Source: Phaeosaccion multiseriatum (taxonomy: Eukaryota; Protista; Ochrophyta, other classes). From it: a DNA stretch of 64,000 nt. Positions 61,807 through 64,000 of this stretch are shown one piece after another (within the stretch, counting starts at the first letter, position 1; every line of letters starts with the position of its first letter). The stretch covers positions 1 through 64,000 of the forward strand of contig OZ218956.1 in NCBI GenBank assembly GCA_965112735.1. The letters are read 5' to 3'. The notes beneath the pieces were generated by a model that was not told where the DNA came from, did not search any database, and was given only the letters and a program-made list of their open reading frames with translations. The position numbers and the translations under genes are program-made.

Positions 61807-63024
61807 ATGGCAAAGCAGGGCACAAACGACAATCACCTTTGTATAACAGGTTCCGGTGGCACACATCAGCACATTGGTGGAGCATACACGAATCTTCCAA
61901 CCCAGATCCAGGATACGGGGAGGATGGGCAATCAAATGGTGATAAAGGAGCAAGAGAACACGACCGGTGGGCAGAGAGCCTGTGGCAACGCACGAGGGCG
62001 TGGCTTACGTTTGAACTTGGACGCTGAGGGCGACGTTTACTTATCGAGGCAGCAATCGCAGTCGGGAGGGGGGGCACCAGGGCACAAGGGCAGCGCACAC
62101 AATGGGAGCAGCAGCAGCACCTCCCAGACCTCTTCGGCCTCGGAGGGGGACGAGGGGCGCAAGACAACGGATGACAGTATTAATGTCCGACTGCCACGCA
62201 GGCGGAGTGAGAGGAGGCTGAGAAGGGGCACCCACGTGGAGCAGCAGCAGCAGCAGGAGACTGCCTCATCATCTCCGTCGTGCTCTTCCTCTTCCGCCCA
62301 CCGGTTGTCTTCGAGCAAGCGGAGAGAGCGAACTGTGGGCCGACGGAGAAGGGAGCACGAACTCCGACTGCTCGCTTTGGCAAGATTGAATTATTCCACC
62401 ACCCCCTCCTACCTCGACGGGGACGGCGGCGCGCTCAGCCCGGCGGACATGGAGAGGATGCGCAAGTGCATAGAGGAAGCCCGGCAGACACCCATCCCTG
62501 CCGCAACGGCCTGGGACTCAGACACTGGCTCTTCTTCGTGCTGGTCCTCCGCCTCGTCCGCCACGGGCAGCAGCCCCGTGCGGCAACAGCAGGACGGCAG
62601 CAGGGCTGCTCCAAGAACGAGCGCCCGCGCCTCCGGCAAGGGCAGAACGAGAGCAAGGCCCGTCTCGTGCTGCGCCTACTGCAGCAAGGAAAGCGTCTCC
62701 TCCTGCACCGCCCCCCCCTCCTCCTCGGAGGGGAGGACGTCACGCTCTGCATCATCGCATCATCAGCAGTCACAGAAGGACACCCGGTCCTTGTCCTCGT
62801 CCTCGTCGTCGAGAAGCCCCCTGTCGACCCTCCGGCGGTGCTTCTCCCTTCAGCACGGCCTCCGCCTCTCGTCTTGCTCGGGCAGTGGCACTCAGTGTAG
62901 TAGTCCCCTGGCGGGCGGAGGTAGGTCTGTCTCGAGACCGGCCCCCCTGCAGAGGACGGAAGGAGCGAGGTTTCCGCGCGGCCGACACGTGCTGGAGCTG
63001 ACGGACGACGGGGAGGACGTCTGA
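61807..63024 (+). CDS. Hypothetical Ser/Arg-rich, largely disordered protein (405 aa, single exon)
   Basis: Uninterrupted 1.2-kb ORF followed by an AT-richer 3'UTR-like stretch. No recognisable domain apart from a short helical patch (LSPADMERMRKCIEEARQTP). Confidence 0.45.
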   Translation: MAKQGTNDNHLCITGSGGTHQHIGGAYTNLPTQIQDTGRMGNQMVIKEQENTTGGQRACGNARGRGLRLNLDAEGDVYLSRQQSQSGGGAPGHKGSAHNGSSSSTSQTSSASEGDEGRKTTDDSINVRLPRRRSERRLRRGTHVEQQQQQETASSSPSCSSSSAHRLSSSKRRERTVGRRRREHELRLLALARLNYSTTPSYLDGDGGALSPADMERMRKCIEEARQTPIPAATAWDSDTGSSSCWSSASSATGSSPVRQQQDGSRAAPRTSARASGKGRTRARPVSCCAYCSKESVSSCTAPPSSSEGRTSRSASSHHQQSQKDTRSLSSSSSSRSPLSTLRRCFSLQHGLRLSSCSGSGTQCSSPLAGGGRSVSRPAPLQRTEGARFPRGRHVLELTDDGEDV

Positions 63025-63471
63025 GCCGCCGGGAGGCACCGCGTTTTTGTTATTTGTCGTTGTCCAGTTATTGCTATTGTAGATCAGGTATAGCCCACCA
63101 GGCAAAGCAAGCACTAGGGTAGAGAGATATATCGCAGCGTGTTCATCGAGGAAACAAAGGGACACACAGATATAAATAGCAAACGACACGAACTAGAGGG
63201 AGACCTTGCTGAACATGCACATGTACATACAAAAAGTTTATATACACGGCTTACATCTCCACGTGCTTCCAACTTGTTGGTGGTGTGGTGTTGTGTGACA
63301 GTATTTTTTTCCCCCGAGAGCGCACTAACCCTAATAAGGTCTGTACTGCCCCATGACGGTCGTCATGTGAGGATGCAGCCCCTCCTCGCGCCCCCTATCC
63401 GCTGTCAGCCAACCCCCTCCGTCCGTCCGTCATTCAGTCAGTCCGTCCGTCACTCCCTCGGGGCCGCCTCA

Positions 63472-64000
63472 CCCGCCTCGGTGGTGGTCCTCCCCCTGCT
63501 TTATAGCAAGCAGCAGAGCGCAGCGCTTCACCGCCCACTTGGCATGCAGAGGCCATGCCAAGCCGAGGGGCCCTGTGTCCCCAGCCCAAGCCTTTCCGCC
63601 ATTGCGTGGGTCAAGAGTATCATCATCATCATCATCATCCGCATCAGCAGCAGTTGGTGATACAACAGGAGCAGGCACTCTCTCCTCTGATGCCCTCCTC
63701 ACCATGTGGAGGAGCTCCACGGGGCCAAACCCCGGGGGGCGCAGGCTCAGAATGCTCCGCAGCAGTCTGTCCAGCCTGCTGGGGGGTGGCAGCCTAGGGG
63801 ATGGCAGCCTAGGGGATGGCAGCCTAGGGGATGGCAGCCTAAGCCCTCCCGCCCCACTGCTCGGGTCAGGGCCCTCCCAGGCCGGCCCCAGCCAGAGGGA
63901 GTCAAGCAGCACCTCCTGGAAAACGGCACGGTGCTGCAGCGCCACTTGTCGGCAATACTCTTCCTCGCAAGCGGGCCCTCCTCCTTGCGTGCCGGCTGAC
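63472..64000 (-). CDS. Probable exon of a minus-strand gene running off the window edge (unknown function); contains a 15-bp repeat x4 (RLPSP)
   Basis: Frame open from the window end (..CEEEYCRQVALQHRAVFQEVLLDSL..RLDRLLRSILSL..) ending at a GG|GTGAGG donor-like site, followed by a gacg/gact intron-type microsatellite. Confidence 0.4.

Noticed and set aside
63706-63999. Plus-strand ORF with (GWQPR)4 repeats
   Set aside because: It is short and is explained by a 15-bp tandem repeat; the opposite strand has a longer open frame with a splice-donor-like end.

Overview
Eukaryotic, GC-rich, intron-rich genomic DNA that looks like the left end of a chromosome from an alga with a complex red-derived plastid, most likely an ochrophyte/stramenopile. 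The lineage call rests on two genes with bipartite plastid-targeting presequences (one with an AHS|FAP, ASAFAP-type cleavage site) and a Topo VI-B gene. Layout: ~7.3 kb of nearly perfect (CCTGG)n at the window start, then ~28 copies of a ~178-bp satellite (7345-12272), then about 12 densely packed spliced genes plus a probable partial gene at the right edge. The genes encode a secreted Cys-rich protein, plastid PNPase, RCC1-BTB, DEK, homogentisate phytyltransferase, a ~3,300-aa MBD-like/FYR/DDT/bromo/PHD/CXXC chromatin reader, a degenerate Rab-like pseudo-GTPase, a BRCT-RRM-zinc-knuckle protein, an orphan 7TM protein, a TOM1/THH1-like membrane protein, TOP6B and a low-complexity orphan. The most striking feature is the terminal (CCTGG)n/(CCAGG)n array. 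It is either a very atypical, strand-symmetric telomere repeat or a nanopore miscall of (CCCTAA)n; several clues in the window favour the miscall, and sequence alone cannot settle it. Exon structures were assembled by eye from splice consensus and frame continuity, and family calls come from recognised motifs, not database searches.
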